Assembly (NCBI RefSeq): GCF_008831285.2
Contig: NC_045138.2
Location: 35,774,001 to 35,838,000 of the forward strand
Direction of reading: 5' to 3'
Length of the DNA stretch: 64,000 nucleotides
From: Nymphaea colorata
Taxonomy: Eukaryota
Below the pieces are notes generated by a model that saw nothing but the letters and a program-made list of their open reading frames with translations, was not told the DNA's origin and did no database searches. Every line of letters starts with the position of its first letter. Position 1 is the first letter of the stretch. The translations under genes and the position numbers were made by a program. This document shows positions 1 through 15,742 of this stretch, piece by piece.

Positions 1-387
1 AGCCATGGTGTATTGCAACCAAACCACCACCCGCCAACAGAAGAAGAAGAATTTCCCGCATAAAAGAGGTAGGTTTAACCAGCATTATCTTGGACAAAAG
101 TGCGCAGATCGAAGAATCGGAGGAGATGAGCATAGAGCAAGTAGTTTCGATCTTCGATTTCAGGAACCAGTTTTTGCCAAAACCATTGGAAAAATGCGAC
201 TCGGATCCAATCGACGTACTAACTAACTGTTGCATTAACCGGTGAATAACCATATTTACAATGACGAATTTGAAGCTAAACCCAAATCTAAAGAGGCAGC
301 AGAAAGGGGGAAATCTCAAAATTTTTTACAGACAGACAACAAAAATTTATAGACTTTCCGGAAAAATGTTTCTCCGTTTATTTTCCT

Positions 388-642
388 TCAAGACCAGACC
401 ATGTCGACCGCGATCTTCAACTCCGAGGGATCTTCCACGGCGTCGTCTTCGTCGGCAGCGCGAACAACCTGCGGCGACATCGTCACCGGCTTCCGGACGG
501 CGATCGACGAGAAGGCGGTAATCTGCTTCCCCTTAAGCGAGGAGGCGGAGAGGGAGGAAGCCGGGAAAGAGCCGCCGGCGAGGAGGAGATCGGGCGTCTC
601 GCGCTTGAATATCTCGGACAGCAGAAGGACCAAGGATGCCAT
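388..642 (-). CDS. Small uncharacterised protein, 84 aa (MASLVLLLSEIFKRETPDLLL...KIAVDMVWS), single exon
   Basis: GC-rich ORF from ATG 642 (context acaATGg) to TGA 388, with a TATA-like run at 721-733 about 80 nt upstream and an AT-rich 3' flank. No family recognised. Confidence 0.55.
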   Translation of the reverse strand: MASLVLLLSEIFKRETPDLLLAGGSFPASSLSASSLKGKQITAFSSIAVRKPVTMSPQVVRAADEDDAVEDPSELKIAVDMVWS

Positions 643-720
643 TGTATGCGCAGAAACCTGGTTTTTCAAAGGTGGGAGGTTTTGGGGAGCTAGGATGATT
701 GCTGTTAATCGATCGGCAGA

Positions 721-733
721 ATATATATATAAA
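721..733 (-). promoter_or_regulatory. Putative TATA box of the 84-aa gene
   Basis: Minus strand reads TTTATATATATAT about 80 nt upstream of the ATG. Confidence 0.45.
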
Positions 734-969
734 AGGAGAAGGAAGGAACTTGCAGACGGCGGAGCCCACAGTATTAATTCCGCTTCTTCCTCGGTTCTGG
801 AAAGGGGTTTTGGTTTTGGCAGGGGCTCCAACGGGTTTCTGCGGAAACCATGGGTGGTGGTCTGGTAGTGGTAGACCACGAGCTCCAAGTTCCAACCGCT
901 TTGCTTGGTTCTTCCCCCTTTCCTTGACCCGATCGGATCTCTGAGTCGTCTGACCCGATCTGGATACGC

Positions 970-990
970 TGACGTCCTCCCTTGACGTCT
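970..990. promoter_or_regulatory. Paired TGACGTC motifs (bZIP/TGA-type, as-1-like)
   Basis: TGACGTC at 970 and 983, 13 bp apart (canonical as-1 spacing is 12 bp), upstream of the 84-aa ORF. Confidence 0.3.
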
Positions 991-2375
991 AGCGTTCGGA
1001 CTCAAGTCCGATCCATTTACCGTTCACTATAAGCTAAAGATCTTCTTCGTGATAAAAGAAGCCGTATTTTTAACACGAGCTTCAGAAATCGATCATACGT
1101 TCCTTCCTCCTAAAAAATTCAGGTACGAATAGATCTGGATTTGGACCCGCAAGCAGAAGACTGCAAGTCGATCGCTCACCTGTATCTGAGCTGAGCTGGA
1201 TCATTGTGGTCCCGGGAACGAAGATCCAACTGGTATCCATTAAATTGGGTCACCTGGTGGCAGTCGGAAATTGAAGGCTCACCTGTGCTATCGGTGCATA
1301 AATGGCAGGCACCTCTCGGTATCACCATCAATTTCATTTTCCTGCAACCCATTCGGTACATCTGATCTGATCTGGGTTACGCTCACATTTGTTAATCCAG
1401 AAAGTTGAGAAGGAAAAGTTATGGCCCGGTGTTTTTGACCAATGCAAACATAGAAGCAAGATCTCAGAGAAGAGGGTTAGCACTGCACCAAACCATGGAC
1501 AAACTACGCTGAATATATAAGTTTTATCCTTTTCAGCTCATTCAAACACGCTTCCAAGGAGAGCTTTTAAAAGGATAATCCGACGAGGAGGATCGCTAAC
1601 TTTTCTTAATTTATCGGAAGCATATAAATTTTCCTTATTTTTCAGAAAAAAAAAATGATGATGATTATCATAGCGTGAAATGGCTGATTCCCGCTACATA
1701 TAAGAGATTTTGAATCAGACCAAAATTTCTAGCTTCACCACCGTGCCCAAATGAAATTAGGAAAAAAAAAAATTGGAAACTAAAAGCAAGGAATTGAAAT
1801 TTTTGTCTGAAAAAGAACTGGCCAAATTTTTGTCTCATGGCAGTGAATGGGTGAGAAGCATCAATCTGCCTTTTGTAAAGTTACAGACAGATGAGATGAA
1901 TGATACCGCAGCGACGTCTCAGTCTATTTTTTTTTTCATTGAATTTTACTGATTCCTTGTTCCCTTCAGATCTTTATAATTAAAAGAAGGGCGGGGAGAT
2001 CGCGTGAACCGATAGGGACGTGGCTCGTTATTTAATGGTGGCACCCAGTTTTGAAAAAGGAAAACTGTCGGGAGGAAAAGGCGGGGCCTGAGCTGCAGAG
2101 AAATCAAATATCGGAAGCCCCCTTTTAATTTATTGCCATGCTTATTTGATCTTCGTGTGAGACCCTGTCCGTCACCCTTCAGTTCCATCCCTCAATGGTT
2201 ACGTTTTTTCCCCCCTCAGATCTGGATCATGCCTCGGGTTCTACAAATTCTATAAATCCTGCCACTCCATGTCCAAGCCTCAATGGAGATCGAACATGTT
2301 TTCAAATCCTTGGTTATGAATGGCACTTGATGCGCTCTTTAATGACCATCCTTGAGTCGGGTTGGATACCCAATG

Positions 2376-2403
<28 letters not shown>
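2376..2403. repeat. (CT)14 microsatellite
   Basis: Read directly from the sequence. Confidence 0.95.
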
Positions 2404-2407
<4 letters not shown>

Positions 2408-4693
2408 AGCGCGATTCAACACGTCCTCAATTCAATTTTTAGAAAATGCTATCTTATCTTATCTTGATAGTATTATTGAAGAATATTGAGTTTCCGATTA
2501 AGAATGATATTACTAAAGCTAAGTAGATCGGTTTTTGTTCCTTTTCTCTCCCCCCATTTCTCCTCTCTCTCTCTTTGTTTTGTAATTAATGGACTTCTTG
2601 TCTTCAATTTTTTTTAACTAGAAACCTCTTTTGATATATATTTCCATTTTATTCGTTCTCTTTCTCTCTCTCTTTACATGGTTTGTATCTATGAGCTTTA
2701 CGTTGACCAATACGAAAGTAGCGACACTTTGAGACAGGCGCTCCTTTCACTTTTTCTTGGACATGAATGATGATGGGTCCAGTGCGTTTCTCCCTATTCG
2801 AACTTTCTTATGTTGCTGTGGCTTGGGGTTAAACGGTTTTCAACGCCCAAGATCTAAAAAGCTTCGTTTGAACTTCCAAGACAAAGATTTGAAATCTCGA
2901 GACATAAAAGATCCAACAATCTGACATTTCAGTTAATCAAACACATTTTCGTGTGAATTTCTAGCGAAAACGGCTCAACAGTAATGCCTTTTTCGGATTT
3001 ATGTCAGATTCAGATCTATCAAGCATTCAAACGATGGACAAAGATCCACGGAAACTGGTCAACCCAAACCCGCGATAAAATATATTTGTTCACGAGGAAT
3101 GAATGAAATGAAAGATTCATCCAAGAAGACGAAGGCGGGGAATGGGATGAATTAGATTTAAAACAGCAGGCGGATCAGAACTCTTCATATCCAAAACCTG
3201 GGAACACAAACCCGACCCGACCCATTTACCGGCCTCTACTGAGAACGATTGAGACCCGGGAAGGGAAGCCCTTTGAGTTTGGAGAGGATGACAAAATCGG
3301 AGATCTCGATAGCCGAAGCGACTGGCGAGAAAATGACGGAGAAAACTCGCATCTGTACTACTACCTCCGACCCCCACCGTTCCCGCACTGACTGACGAAA
3401 TTATCCTCCCACAAATCCGAAACCCCGGAGCAGTCAACTGCCCCGAGACGTCCCCTGGTGAAGGGTATTACCGTCATAGGGTACATTTATGCCGCCCCAA
3501 TGTTGTCGTCATCCTATCTCGGACGCTGTAACGCACGGGTAGCCGTCCCCGTCGTCTACCAACTCCCAGATACGTCCAACCAGGAGAGCACTTTTCCTAT
3601 TCCAGTTCTGCCCTTGAACGGATCTTTTACACGTATTTCTGCTTGACCCGGCGGAAGGAGGCCGAACAAGTGCTCGAGTCGAGCACTCACCTGGGCGTTG
3701 CGTTGGTAGCTCCCGTAGATGAGCGAGCATCTCCTCCCCTGGCTTGCCTTGGAAAAATGTATTTATTTTCAGGGAAGGAATCCAAAGTAGAATACCCATG
3801 TTTTCTTATCACTTCTACAGTTTCATGTGTCTAATGCCCATGTTTTCTAATGACGAGCAATATTCGACCTTATCTTTCTTTGTCGTTTTTGTATACATTC
3901 ATTTTGGTAACAAATTTTGGGGAGATCCCCAAGCGGAATGTGAATAAGCGTTATATATCTGTCTCATAGATCGGCTAAGAAGATCATTTAGTTAGGAACT
4001 AGGCCTTTTGCTTTTGTTACATGACTTGTCTGTTGCAAAGTCATCGAGATGGTTTTCTTCATGTGGTGTTTGATGAGGCTGGAATTGAGGAATTCTATAA
4101 TTAAAATTCTCATTTTTGATGAAACAATAATTGCATTATCAAACAAAAAAAATTGATTCCACAATTATAGGCTCCTCTTTTTTTTTTAAATCAAAATTTC
4201 AGGATTGTGATTCTACCTCAATAGATGAAATTATGATTTCAGAATTTTTTTATCCCCCTTTAGGGCACATGTTATGTAGCTTTAAATTCATCAATTCTAT
4301 AATTTTAATTTTTGTTTTATCAAAAACATCATTTTCAGTTTCGAAATCAAAATTTCAAAGCTAGAACTAGAAATCCCTCCATTCTTGGTGCTCTAGATTG
4401 AGTTTGATCGGGTTTCGGCTCCGCTCAAGCAAGAAAATTGGTCTATAGATTAGCCGGGGTAGAGCCCTAATTGCTCGCTGGATCATGAAGCAGGACTCGG
4501 AACCACGATCTATAACATCAACGTTATTATGGAAAAGGTTTAGGGTAGTACCGTCCGAACTGAATTATCGGGCCGTTCTCGTCCAACCCACGGTTTCGGT
4601 CGTTCCCGCCAGCAATACCACGGTTCATGGAAAGAAAGAAGCTTTGACACTCCGGAGAGCGCCGTCCTTCCCGGTCGATCTTCACCGCCACCG

Positions 4694-5806
4694 ATGGCTC
4701 AGCTCCGCTTCTCCACTACTCCTCATTCTCGCTTTCCCGCCCCCGCCACCTCGACTGCCGTCATCCGGTTCTCCGGGCGGCACGGATCCATACATTTTCC
4801 GGCGGATTCTGCCCTCAATTCCGTCCACCCTGCGGTTGGAATCTCCCTCAATCTCTCGCCTCCGTTGAGGATTGGCGTCCGACCACTAGTGCGCACGACC
4901 ACCGGGGATGGCGCGGGGACCACCGTTGGAGGTGGAGGAGGAAGCGGAGGCGGAAGGAGGAAGAATGGTGGCGGCGGAGGAGGTGGCGGTGGTGCCGGAC
5001 ATTCTAGGGAGGAGGGCAATGGGAAATCGGACACTGGCGGCGGGATCTTGGGGCTTTTCCTGGAAGGTTGGCGTTCTAGGGTTAGAGCGGATCCCCAGTT
5101 TCCGTTCAAAGTGTTAATGGAGGAGCTCGTCGGCGTCTCTGCGAACGTGATCGGTGACATGGCGACCCGGCCGAACTTCGGTCTCAACGAGCTTGATTTT
5201 GTCTTCAGCACGCTGGTCGTCGGCTCGATCGTCAATTTCCTCCTCATGTACCTCCTCGCCCCTACAGCCGGCGCAGTATCGGCTTCTGCGGCGTCGAATC
5301 CCTTCGCTTCAATTTTTGCCGCCTGTCCGAAGAGTCACATGTTCGAACCCGGCCCTTATAGCCTTTTACATCGATCAGGGACCTTCATCTGCAAGGGGGT
5401 GGTATTCGCGGCCGTCGGGTTCGCCGCTGGTATGTTGGGGACGGCGATTTCTAACGCGCTGATCTCCTGGCGGAAGCGGATGGATCCTGGGTTCGAGCCG
5501 CAGAACAAGGCGCCGCCCACCGTGTTGAACGCGCTCACCTGGGCGATACATCTGGGTGTGAGCAGCAACCTCAGGTACCAGACGCTTAATGGACTCGAGT
5601 TCATGCTCGCCCGAGCTCTGCCTCCGTTGGGGTTCGGGGCATCCGTGGTCGCGCTCAGGTGCGCGAACAACTTGCTGGGTGGGGCCACTTTCGTGGTTCT
5701 TGCCCGTCTGACTGGGTCCCAGAAGGTGGAGGAGGAGAAGGCAGAGGTCATCGAGGTGCTTCAGGATAATTGTGATGGCGAGACCCACAAGGATCAACAA
5801 GATTAA
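4694..5806 (+). CDS. RER3: RETICULATA-RELATED protein (DUF3411, RER2/RER3-like), chloroplast envelope, 370 aa, intronless
   Basis: Ser/Arg-rich transit-peptide-like N-terminus and poly-Gly linker, then GWRSRVRADPQFPFKVLMEELVGV, DMATRPNFGLNELDFVFSTLVVGS, HMFEPG and GVSSNLRYQTLNG, which are typical of the RE/RER family. Confidence 0.9.
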   Translation: MAQLRFSTTPHSRFPAPATSTAVIRFSGRHGSIHFPADSALNSVHPAVGISLNLSPPLRIGVRPLVRTTTGDGAGTTVGGGGGSGGGRRKNGGGGGGGGGAGHSREEGNGKSDTGGGILGLFLEGWRSRVRADPQFPFKVLMEELVGVSANVIGDMATRPNFGLNELDFVFSTLVVGSIVNFLLMYLLAPTAGAVSASAASNPFASIFAACPKSHMFEPGPYSLLHRSGTFICKGVVFAAVGFAAGMLGTAISNALISWRKRMDPGFEPQNKAPPTVLNALTWAIHLGVSSNLRYQTLNGLEFMLARALPPLGFGASVVALRCANNLLGGATFVVLARLTGSQKVEEEKAEVIEVLQDNCDGETHKDQQD

Positions 5807-7200
5807 TAAAAGCGGTTGGCTTTTCTTTTCGCCTCTAAGTTTTGCATTTTTTGTTCAGAGAGCGAGAGAATGTGAGGCAAAGAGGAGAGAAGTAAAGATG
5901 GTGTGACATAAAATTCTCAACCTTGCATTAAATAAATTAGATGGCATATTTTTCCGACCTAGAATTCTGCCTATCATTCTCCATTATTTGATCCAACTTA
6001 GACGGAATCCGCAATTTTATTATCGGTTTGCCTGATCTCTCTTGAATTGCCAATGATACTTGTTTGAATGGTCCGTAGTCTATCTTCAGCATCTGGTTAT
6101 CTATTTGTTCATGCCCGAGCGTATGCATGAGTTTGAGTTTGGCATATTTAAAAGCAAGTGCTTGACTAAAGCAATTTTGGCGGAAAACACGCATTTGCAA
6201 CCGCAGTTAGTTTTTTGGTGATCATATTTTATTTACCTGTTGCCGGTGACAGATAGCAAACTGTGGTCTTGCATCTGATCTGCTGTTGGTGCCCCAAGGC
6301 TGCGAGGGACTATCAGGAAACTTTCAAGACTTTGAGTTGATAATGAGTATTTTCATATTCAATGTCTTCAAAATGCAGATTGATTAATGGCTTGATTCAA
6401 TAAAGCCAGTCTTCTTCTTAAGAGCATCCACAATAACATCACACATCTAATGGCGTTTCGTGAGGATGTGTTCTAACTGCAGATATATGTCAGGAATGTA
6501 GTCCTGCTGCTTGGGCCTCGGATTGCCAGGTTGTAGATGGGAACAGTTTGGATGGTATATGTGGTTGCTCAGAATTGGTAGTGTTTACTATGCCTGACTG
6601 CAGTCAATCGTGAAATAAATCCTGCTTCATCTGATTAGGTAGTATAGTGGGAAAAAATTTAACCAATCCATGCAAGATCCGTTTCTTCAACATAGTTACT
6701 CCATCCTTATGGTACATTTCTTGGCAACAACAGCTTCAAAGAGACATTGCAGGGGAATAAGGGTTGTTGCTAACAGTCGAGTGATCTACCCCTAAACTTT
6801 TCATTCAAGCTGCATCACCATGTCTGAGCCAATTACAGTTCGGTACGTGCCTAGTTTCCTCTGAATCTCCTTCAAGGTTCCTTTTTTGGGAGTTTGTTAT
6901 GATACCAGGCCGTCGGGTTTGGTGGCTTAATTATTCAGTCCTTTTTCCGGCGCAGACATGGTTCGACTGTTGAAATGTTCCTGAGCTTTCAATTCCTTTT
7001 TTCCCCATCCCTTTTCTTACATCAACCAACAGGTGCCAAATTTTTTTTTATTGATAATTATTGATATGTTGGCTAAATTACCTAGATCTCGTTTACCAAT
7101 AGTACATCATAAGCTGCCAATAGTAGTAAAGGCGACTACAGAACACCAACTTTACACTTCACAATATGCCTGAGCAAAATAGGTGAAAACTGTTTTCAAG

Positions 7201-7464
7201 TTACTTGGCTTCTACGACATTGACTTCTGTTGGCTTGGCATGGGGCGCTGGGGCAGGAGGTGCCTGACCAGGAGGAGCACGGTGAAGCCTGCAACGGAAT
7301 GAGCCAGCGTGCACTGTTGGAGAGCATATACAGATTTTACTGCCAGATATGCTGGAGAAGGAGTCTGTTGAACTTGACCTCCTCATGGAGATGAAATTAC
7401 CCTGGTTGTCACCTGCGCTGTCCTTCTGAGCGTGGTCATCTCCAATCAAATCCATAGGGCCCAT
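7201..7464 (-). CDS. Small Ser-rich plant protein with CxCSPTxHxGSFRCRLHR motif, 87 aa; predicted 5'UTR intron 7484-7937
   Basis: CICSPTVHAGSFRCRLHR matches a conserved plant small-protein motif. Upstream are a TATAAATATA (8041-8050, minus), a donor CAG|GTAAAAG at 7937 and an acceptor ...tgtccacag| at 7484. Confidence 0.8.
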   Translation of the reverse strand: MGPMDLIGDDHAQKDSAGDNQGNFISMRRSSSTDSFSSISGSKICICSPTVHAGSFRCRLHRAPPGQAPPAPAPHAKPTEVNVVEAK

Positions 7465-8040
7465 GTCTTTGGCAGCTCGGATTCTGTGGACATCACGAGA
7501 AATAGGAGAAAATGTAAGTCATTTAACTCCAACTAAATAGCAACGTGGGTGGAGTTAGCTCCTTGTAGCTTCAAGAACAAAGTCTCAGGAGGAATGGATG
7601 AATAAACCCATCAAATCAGTTATATCATGCAAAGAATAAACCTCTCTGTCTCTGGGGTTCACAAATGGAAACACACACACAGACACACACTGAGAGTATG
7701 CAACTATATCCCTACGGTTGCTGGAAATACGTTCGATCGTCATGTATGCAGAGTATGTCTATCAGCCGCCCAGTGTTTCATGATCTGTTATGACGACATG
7801 CTTTCAGTTGGAAATTGGAAATATTTGGTTATCTACATGGAAAAATGAACTCCCAGATCAGGCATACATACCAAGGGGGCGATGCTGCAAACTAATCCTA
7901 AGAAAAAGAAGAATCATCGAGTTTTTGTTGCTTTTACCTGATGGACGGCTACTTCGAAATCAGATGAACGGGAAACTGCGATTTGTGTGGCCTGGGTTCT
8001 GGCCTGAGAGGGGCAAACTGCTTCCCAATAGATTGTGGTT

Positions 8041-8050
8041 TATATTTATA
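8041..8050 (-). promoter_or_regulatory. TATA box of the CSPT-motif gene
   Basis: TATAAATATA on the minus strand, just upstream of an ATG-free first exon that ends at the 7937 donor. Confidence 0.6.
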
Positions 8051-11000
8051 GGCAACACATAGCTTGTTTGCGTGATTGAGCCGGCAGCGTTGGTGGTTGA
8101 GATCAGCAGAAACCCACCTTCCACTGACTCCTCAGTTTTTTCTTTGTTTGTCTGTTTTTTTTTTTTAACAATTGTCTAAAGTCTAAGCATCCGAATACAG
8201 AAAAACTTGTTATAAATGGCCCTTCATATAGGAAAGAGGCACATGGCTGTCTCAGGCAGGCCTTGGTTTCACATTGAGCTGACCAACGTGGTCCTTACAA
8301 ATCTATCAATGCTCTTATAGTTAGTGCTCCGAAATTGACCGTATTCTGGTTATGCAGACAAATCCTTTTCCAACCGGTTCTGTTTCGAATTGAGGCACTT
8401 TTGTGTTCCAAGGAGTATAGCGTAACTGGACCTTAAGGGTGGTAAGGGGAAAGAGGAAGAGAACTTCGGCCTTTTTCGGATGGCTTCCTCTCACTTGAAC
8501 GGAGGCTATGCTTCTCCTCGCTCGATTCTTGAGCATAGAGATGAGAATTTAGTTGCATTTTTTTTTTCCAAGGCCATGGTAGCTAACATCCTTTTCCCCG
8601 AATTTACTTTCTGATCCTTCCTCAGGAAGTTTCGGAAATATGACCACATTAGTACTGAATCCTGCTTGAAAATTGGAGAGAGAGAGAGAGAGAGAGATTC
8701 TCCTTGGTGGGTGGTTATATTTTTGCCTTTTTTTGGAATAACTGACAGAACTTATTTGTTTATTACACCTTCTTTTATGAGTTCATTCACAAATTCTGTG
8801 TTGAACGTCAGCTTTCCCACAGTTTCGGAAGCATCTGTGATCGTTTCTGGTCCCATAATGGGAAATTCTGACTTCTGAGGTATGAATAGCAGGACTTCGA
8901 CATTTCAAGGTCGGGGCCAAAAAGATACAGTTTTTTGAGGGGGGGAAAAAAAAAATCAATTCGTATGGCCGGCTGGTGACCTGATGTGAAGAGATTCTCG
9001 AAGTCTAAGACTAGCTGGAAAGTTCAAAAGAGATTTATGGTAAGTGAGAGCAGACTTGAAGGTTTTTCTCTTTAAAAAATGTTGCCTTGACGAGACCGCC
9101 ACAGGTAGCATAAAAGATCTAGCAGGAACCTGCTATTCAACAAGGAAGTGTACATGGCTCGCGTGACAACACATCCACTGCTTTTCTGATATCGTTTTCC
9201 GATCAAAGACTTTCTTATTAAAAATACTCTCTTACCAATATCACAGGCCGGGGGGAGATGCGATGCTAAAATGTGGTGCATATTGCTGCAATACTTCACC
9301 TACCGAACTTCACAACGAAGCATTATCATCAATTGACAAAGCAAGATTTTTAGGTATTGGGTCCACACCTAAAACCAAAAGTCGGCGCCGTTTGTTGTCC
9401 CTGAAAATTTTCTGATTGAAGACTCCTGATTGAGGCAATGCCATCATGTGGTGCAGGTTGCTTCAAGAATGTGCTTGCTATATCTTTCAAAGAAGGATGA
9501 TTTACCTGCTAAATCTTCAAAGCCAAGTCATTCTTGCTTAAAATCTCACAAAAGCTTTACGCAGATCGGATCCAGCCTGGTCATGTAGATGAATCTCGAT
9601 AAGGTTTTTCGCTAGCCTACGGTGGTTATAAATCCCAACATCATCAACGATTCGGTTTTAGTTTGATTGAGAAATATGCTATTTGGCAAGATCTTTGTCC
9701 CGACTTGTCTTCTGGGTCTTCTCTCTCTTCTCGTAGATTTGACAAGCACTGCCACACAAGCCTCTTTAACTCGGTGGCAAGCTAAGAGTATAAATTAGAG
9801 ATGAATTCCTCCACAATAGCCCAGTAAAATTAGATACCAAATTACCAATCAAATCTTTTAGGTCCACGCTACAAGAGAATACAAGGCACTGTACGAGTAT
9901 GATAGCTAGGGTGCCACTGACTCTCCACAGTTAAGCTCGAGCGGGTCCCTACATCATTTTTAAAACATATACCAGATATAAATTTTGTGCATTTTTGGCC
10001 TAATTGAAGGACAAAACACGAGCTTGGATTCATCTAGGTTTAGCTTGGTTAACTGGTGGCTTTATAAGAAGCCATTTAACAATGGGAACAATTTATTTCT
10101 GTTTTATGAAGTAGGCCCAAATGTTAGGGCAGATTCATGACTGTTACTGTCGCCTACCAGCCCCTAAAAAAAGCCCGAAGTTGAGTTCCTTGTGTCCGAC
10201 TTAGATGCAATGACAACGAAGATGCCAACGTTAACATAATAACCAAACAAAAAATTACAGCTTGGTACTGTTGTAGATTGGAGTAGAAAATGACCCGGAT
10301 ATAAAGACAGCTAAACGTATTAAAAGATCAGTTCGCAATCGGGTCGAACACAATAAAAAATGACAAACAATTTGCCACACCAGATCTGATCTATTCGCAA
10401 ACCTACCGCAGCCTCTACACCAAAGAAGCTTTAACGAGCTCACATCTTTGGCCTGCCAATTGCACCTGGAAATTACCCAGCGATATCAATAATCAGTGCC
10501 AATAAGACGGAGTTAGCAATCACTTGCCAACATATTGACACTTCATAAACAAAGACAGGTACGTCCAAAACTGAAAAGGATTGTCCTGCCGAAAAAATAA
10601 TAGTTATCCATGGTTGAGACTCAAAGCAGCTTCGCATGTCTCCCGGGGTGTAGACTGGCAGGCCAGTGAAAATTCTGTGTCAATTTGATTCTCGACGATA
10701 GAGTAACATTTTAACTGACAGGTCTATCACTCCACACCTAGGACTGGAAGCAGCCGTTGACCCCGGGAGCAGGAGGAACAACTTCGGCTTCTTCGGGTAT
10801 TTCCCCTCCCCAAAGCCGTTTAACATTTTGCACTAACAGAAATGGGGTTTGCCAGCGGTTTCACTTTCCTGTGTTGCCAGCCATAAGAGAACTTCAACTG
10901 AGTTTTCATCGTCCTCTCACAAGGTATAATGGCAGGACCAGATTGTGGTCCAAGTTGGGCGACACACACAGCGGCTGCGAGCACAACCTGATCTTAGTTC

Positions 11001-11378
11001 TACATTACACAGAACATGAGTTCTGTAGAAATCAAACTTGCCTATCAAGTAAAAGAACCTTTTCGTAATTTGCACATCAAGAAGTCCCTCTTAGCAAAAC
11101 AGGACCAACCACACATGCCCTATCTACTCATCAAGCTCCTGACCGAGGCAATTAAACAGAGGGAAATTTTGGCTAAAATGAAAAATGAGCAAGACAAGCA
11201 ATCATAGTAGACTTCTTCAAACAACCAGAAATGCTCCAATTATTGACAAAATGTTTCCAAACCACGGAAATTCAGAGCTTCAGAAAGAAGTTTTGAGATT
11301 AACTAAGAACCATAAGAGGTGAATCAGTTTTTCTAACTAGATGCCTGCCTGTGTTGATCTTTTAATGACAAATATTTG

Positions 11379-13529
<2,151 letters not shown>

Positions 13530-14802
13530 CGACGATCAGATGGAGAGACAGAGATGGAACCGGCAGATATTGCCGCTTTGGTTTCAATCAGCCGCTCATA
13601 TATTCTCTCCCTCTCCCGATCTCACACTGTGTCTTTTCTTTTCCTGTCATGAGTGTACCTAGAAATCAAGACCGCGCATCTGGTTGCTGCCACGTTGTTC
13701 AGCCACCATCCGGCGAAAATACTGCAAGTATTTTTACAAAATATCAGCTTAAAGTGTGAGAACTTCTTTGTATTTTAGCAGTTAAAATTAACTCTGCGAG
13801 CTTTATAGTGCTTCAATTTAAAAATTATTTCAACTGTTCTCGGTTTTTCGCAAAAAATTATTAGTAGGATTTTCTTCGTGATGATTTGTTTGTCAAAAAC
13901 ACAAATATTTCATGCGAAGAAATTAGCGACGCATTTAATAATCTAATCTATTATGTGCTTGTCAACATGGCAAGAGTAAAGCTGCGAAGGATGTTGAGCT
14001 CATTGTGCGTGCTGATTTATGTTTTCATTTATAAATAAAAAAATAAAAAGTTTGACTTGATATTATGACGCTGACGATGTAAGAATTACAAATTCACGAT
14101 GTTGACGTCGTAAGAATTACAATTTCATGATGCAGTTTGTGCATCTCTGAAACCAAAAAAGTCGATTTTTTTTTTTTTTGTTGGAAGTTAAAATTTTGAA
14201 ACCTTCAGATATAAAAATCCTGAACTTTTAAGTCACCTCAAATTTTGTATCTTCATTATAATTCAAATCTATGAATTACAAATTCAAAAAAATGTAAGAA
14301 TTTATAGTTCCACGAGGCAGCTCATGCCTCCTTTAAAAGAAAAGAGAAAAAAAATTAACATTCTTTCTTAGCCTGCATCGTATCGGATTCTTTATTCGAC
14401 TTCTTTCTCGTAATTTATTTGTGCTTCCCATGAGTTCTCTCTCCAACCTTTTCATTAGCAAAAAAGTCATTATTGTTTTCATGTAAAGGGAATCCCCTTT
14501 ACCCCCACCTTTTTGAATTCCGATTTCCTCTTAATTTATTTCATGCATTCTTATTGTATGGATGAATGTTGAAGCTACGAAATGTATTTCAACACGGATA
14601 TCCTTCTTATGATGTTTCAGAATGACACTTTTAGAGGCGAAAATCACTTGGGACGGCTTTTGATTCATAAAGCTGAGAGAGCGTTATGCAAATTTCCTAA
14701 TCTTATCCCACTTTTTTGGGATAAGTCATTGCATCCAATTCTAGTGGCTTTTTTTTTTTTGTAGTGGAGACAAGCGAAAAAAGGCCAAGTTAAATAACTT
14801 TA

Positions 14803-15160
14803 GAGGTCGTTTGGTAATAACAACACATAATCGTTATAGTATTGAATTTGTTTAGAAAATAAGGCAAATTCATGAAACGGTTGTTTTATATTTATTTTTG
14901 CCAATGAGACCAAAATTGTAAGCGTTTTATGAACATGCTTCAAAATTCAAGAAAACTCATGCAACATTAGAACAATTGTCTTATAAATCTACCTCCAGGA
15001 ACTCACATGAAGTCATTACTGCCAAAGGAGTTGTTTGCCAATAGATACAGTAACAAATTATTCAATATTGATTGACAAATTGTTTCATGATTCATACTCT
15101 AAAAATTGTTCTGCACACTATAGAACAGTGTAGTGTATTACTGTTCGGATTACCAAACAC
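14803..15160. mobile_element. Degenerate Tourist-like MITE candidate
   Basis: Ends ggtcgtttggtaat ... attaccaaacac are roughly inverted and the interior is AT-rich. No clear TSD. Confidence 0.35.
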
Positions 15161-15742
15161 TATCTACGATTGCATTTAATTTAATGGAGAAACAATGCTT
15201 CGTGGATATACTCAAAAATCAAAAACTCAAAATTTTTTTACAAGGTTTAAAATTGAATTTAAGAAAAGAGATTGGTTTGATTATGACCGGGCATCGAACA
15301 GGTTTGAAATGCTCCTAGCCAAGGTCTGACAGTGTATTTTTTAAGTTCTAGTTGGATCAAAAAATCACCACCCCATATTTATGTCCATCGTAAGCCACAA
15401 CCATCAAACCAAAATTTGGCATATTCATTAATATTAAATCATTTTGACTTGGAAGGATAACTTACAATGATGAGTATATAATAGCGTACCTAAATTTAAC
15501 TAACTCAAAGAAAAAGACATAAGTAAGGAGCAGACAAGGAAGGAGTGGGTCGGTCTGCACAAGGAAATAGTAATCAATGCTGAAGAGGATCCCCCGTTAC
15601 TTCAGAAGTAGAACTTGTCGGCTCAATCTTCTTTGGTCCTTCTAAGGCTAAGGCCTAAGGGGGGTTGCTACGTAATTACTTGTGAATTTTGCAGGCCAAT
15701 AATAAAATATGAAAAAGACAAGGGTGTCTCAAGTATTTTCTC

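Noticed and set aside
401..868. 155-aa plus-strand ORF, and the 205-aa extension of the minus ORF to 1005
   Set aside because: The plus ORF is an antisense shadow of a GC-rich gene. The minus extension starts at a non-ATG codon and runs through the TATA box.
4723..5800. Several 100-170 aa ORFs overlapping RER3
   Set aside because: Alternative-frame and antisense shadows of GC-rich coding sequence.
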